From the NCBI RefSeq assembly GCF_001194135.2, contig NC_068982.1, forward strand, positions 160,388,984 to 160,438,998: a stretch of 50,015 nucleotides of DNA, given 5' to 3'. Source of the DNA: Octopus bimaculoides. Its lineage: Eukaryota. Positions 48,927-50,015 of this stretch are shown in pieces (position 1 is the stretch's first letter; the number at the start of each line of letters is the position of its first letter). A program made the position numbers and the translations under genes. The notes under the pieces were generated by a model. The model did no database searches. It was not told the DNA's origin and saw only the letters and a program-made list of their open reading frames with translations.

Positions 48927-49917
48927 TCTTATAGTAAAAATAGATACATAAGGGTGGAAAATCACAGGAATAATACCATATGTCCAACGCAAGATATAAT
49001 ATGTGTTCAATTCCTTCAAGAATCAATAAATAAATGTATAGTATTCAGTCTCTAAAGTGTCCAAAAGGTACGGTAAAAAGACAGGCAAATACAACAATAA
49101 AAACTTTAGAAATATCATGAATGTTCAAAATATTTATTAAAAAAAATATTTATAAACATGCATGATTTCCAAGTTGTATAAAAATATGACAATTAAAGTT
49201 AAAACATTACGATATATAAACGTACATTATGATATAACATATAATGGGTAAATATATACGGTATGATGAAGTTATAAATTTACATGTATTATATTAAAAA
49301 CGTGTACATTAGGACAGGATATAAAAAAACGTATAATATAAAAGTTAAGTTAAAAGTATATATCTACGGACCGTTTCTGAGATGTGTCTATTAATATGGT
49401 GTTGTACTCATATTAGAGATTAGACACTCCCTTCATCAGGATGTTTGTTGTACATAAAGAGGAAGGAATAAAAATATAGAAAACGTAAAAAGTTTAGAGT
49501 GATATAATACAATATACAAGTAAAACAACTGGACACAACACCTTACCTCACTTTACATGTAAATTTATAACTTCATCATACCGTATATATTTACCCATTA
49601 TATGTTATATCATAATGTACGTTTATATATCGTAATGCTTTAACTTTAATTGTCATATTTTTATACAACTTGGAAATCATGCATATTTATAAATATATTT
49701 TTTAATAAATATTTTGAACATTCATGATATTTCTAAAGTTTTTATTGTTGTATTTGCCTGTCTTTTTACCGTACCTTTTAGACACTTTAGAGACTGAATA
49801 CTATACATTTATTTATTGATTCTTGAAGGAATTGAACACACATATTATATTTTGCGTTGGACATATGGTATTATTCCTGTGGTTTTCCACCCTTATGTAT
49901 CTATTTTTACTATAAGA
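48927..49917. repeat. Near-perfect long inverted repeat (~362-bp arms, 265-bp spacer), probably a Penelope-like inverted pLTR structure
   Basis: 48927-49288 is the reverse complement of 49554-49917, with about 7-8 differences (mostly transitions) by manual comparison. The spacer holds a hammerhead-like core. Confidence 0.92.
49362..49445 (-). ncRNA. Hammerhead-ribozyme-like motif (type I topology, non-canonical)
   Basis: Minus strand reads CUGAUGA (49439-49433), A, GGGAGUGUCUA..AAUAUG-loop-CAUAUU..UAGACACAUCUC, A, GAAAC-G-GUC (49377-49369). Stem II is well formed (11 bp with one bulge, plus 6 bp). Stem I is poor. Confidence 0.45.
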
Positions 49918-50015
49918 TGAATTCTAGCTCATGCTGAGCACTTCAACTCTAGCCCGTCTTTATGTATTGTTATATTAACAATACATAATTATACAAAAAT
50001 TACAGTTAATATATA

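Overview
This is AT-rich animal genomic DNA, a draft assembly with 8 N-gaps and dense microsatellites. The SINE/LINE repertoire suggests a coleoid cephalopod such as Octopus; that is my recall of the repeat families, not a search result. I found no host protein-coding gene, rRNA, tRNA gene or CRISPR array that I can support. Almost all ORFs in the supplied track are microsatellite or N-run artefacts, or antisense to transposon remnants. The window is a transposon graveyard. It holds a full-span decayed mariner, a full-span decayed Chapaev3-type (CMC) DNA transposon with TIRs and a TAA target duplication, and a second Chapaev3 3' end. It also holds at least six R4/Dong-type non-LTR retrotransposon pieces (one flanked on both sides by TAA microsatellite), Penelope-like GIY-YIG remnants, and two or three tRNA-derived SINE families. 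The most unusual structures are (1) a ~1-kb, ~98%-identical foldback whose loop carries a hammerhead-ribozyme-like core, (2) a dispersed family of minimal hammerhead-like motifs with a shared CUGUUGA core variant, and (3) a separate 436-bp foldback element. All protein assignments come from manual translation and motif recognition. No database search was run.
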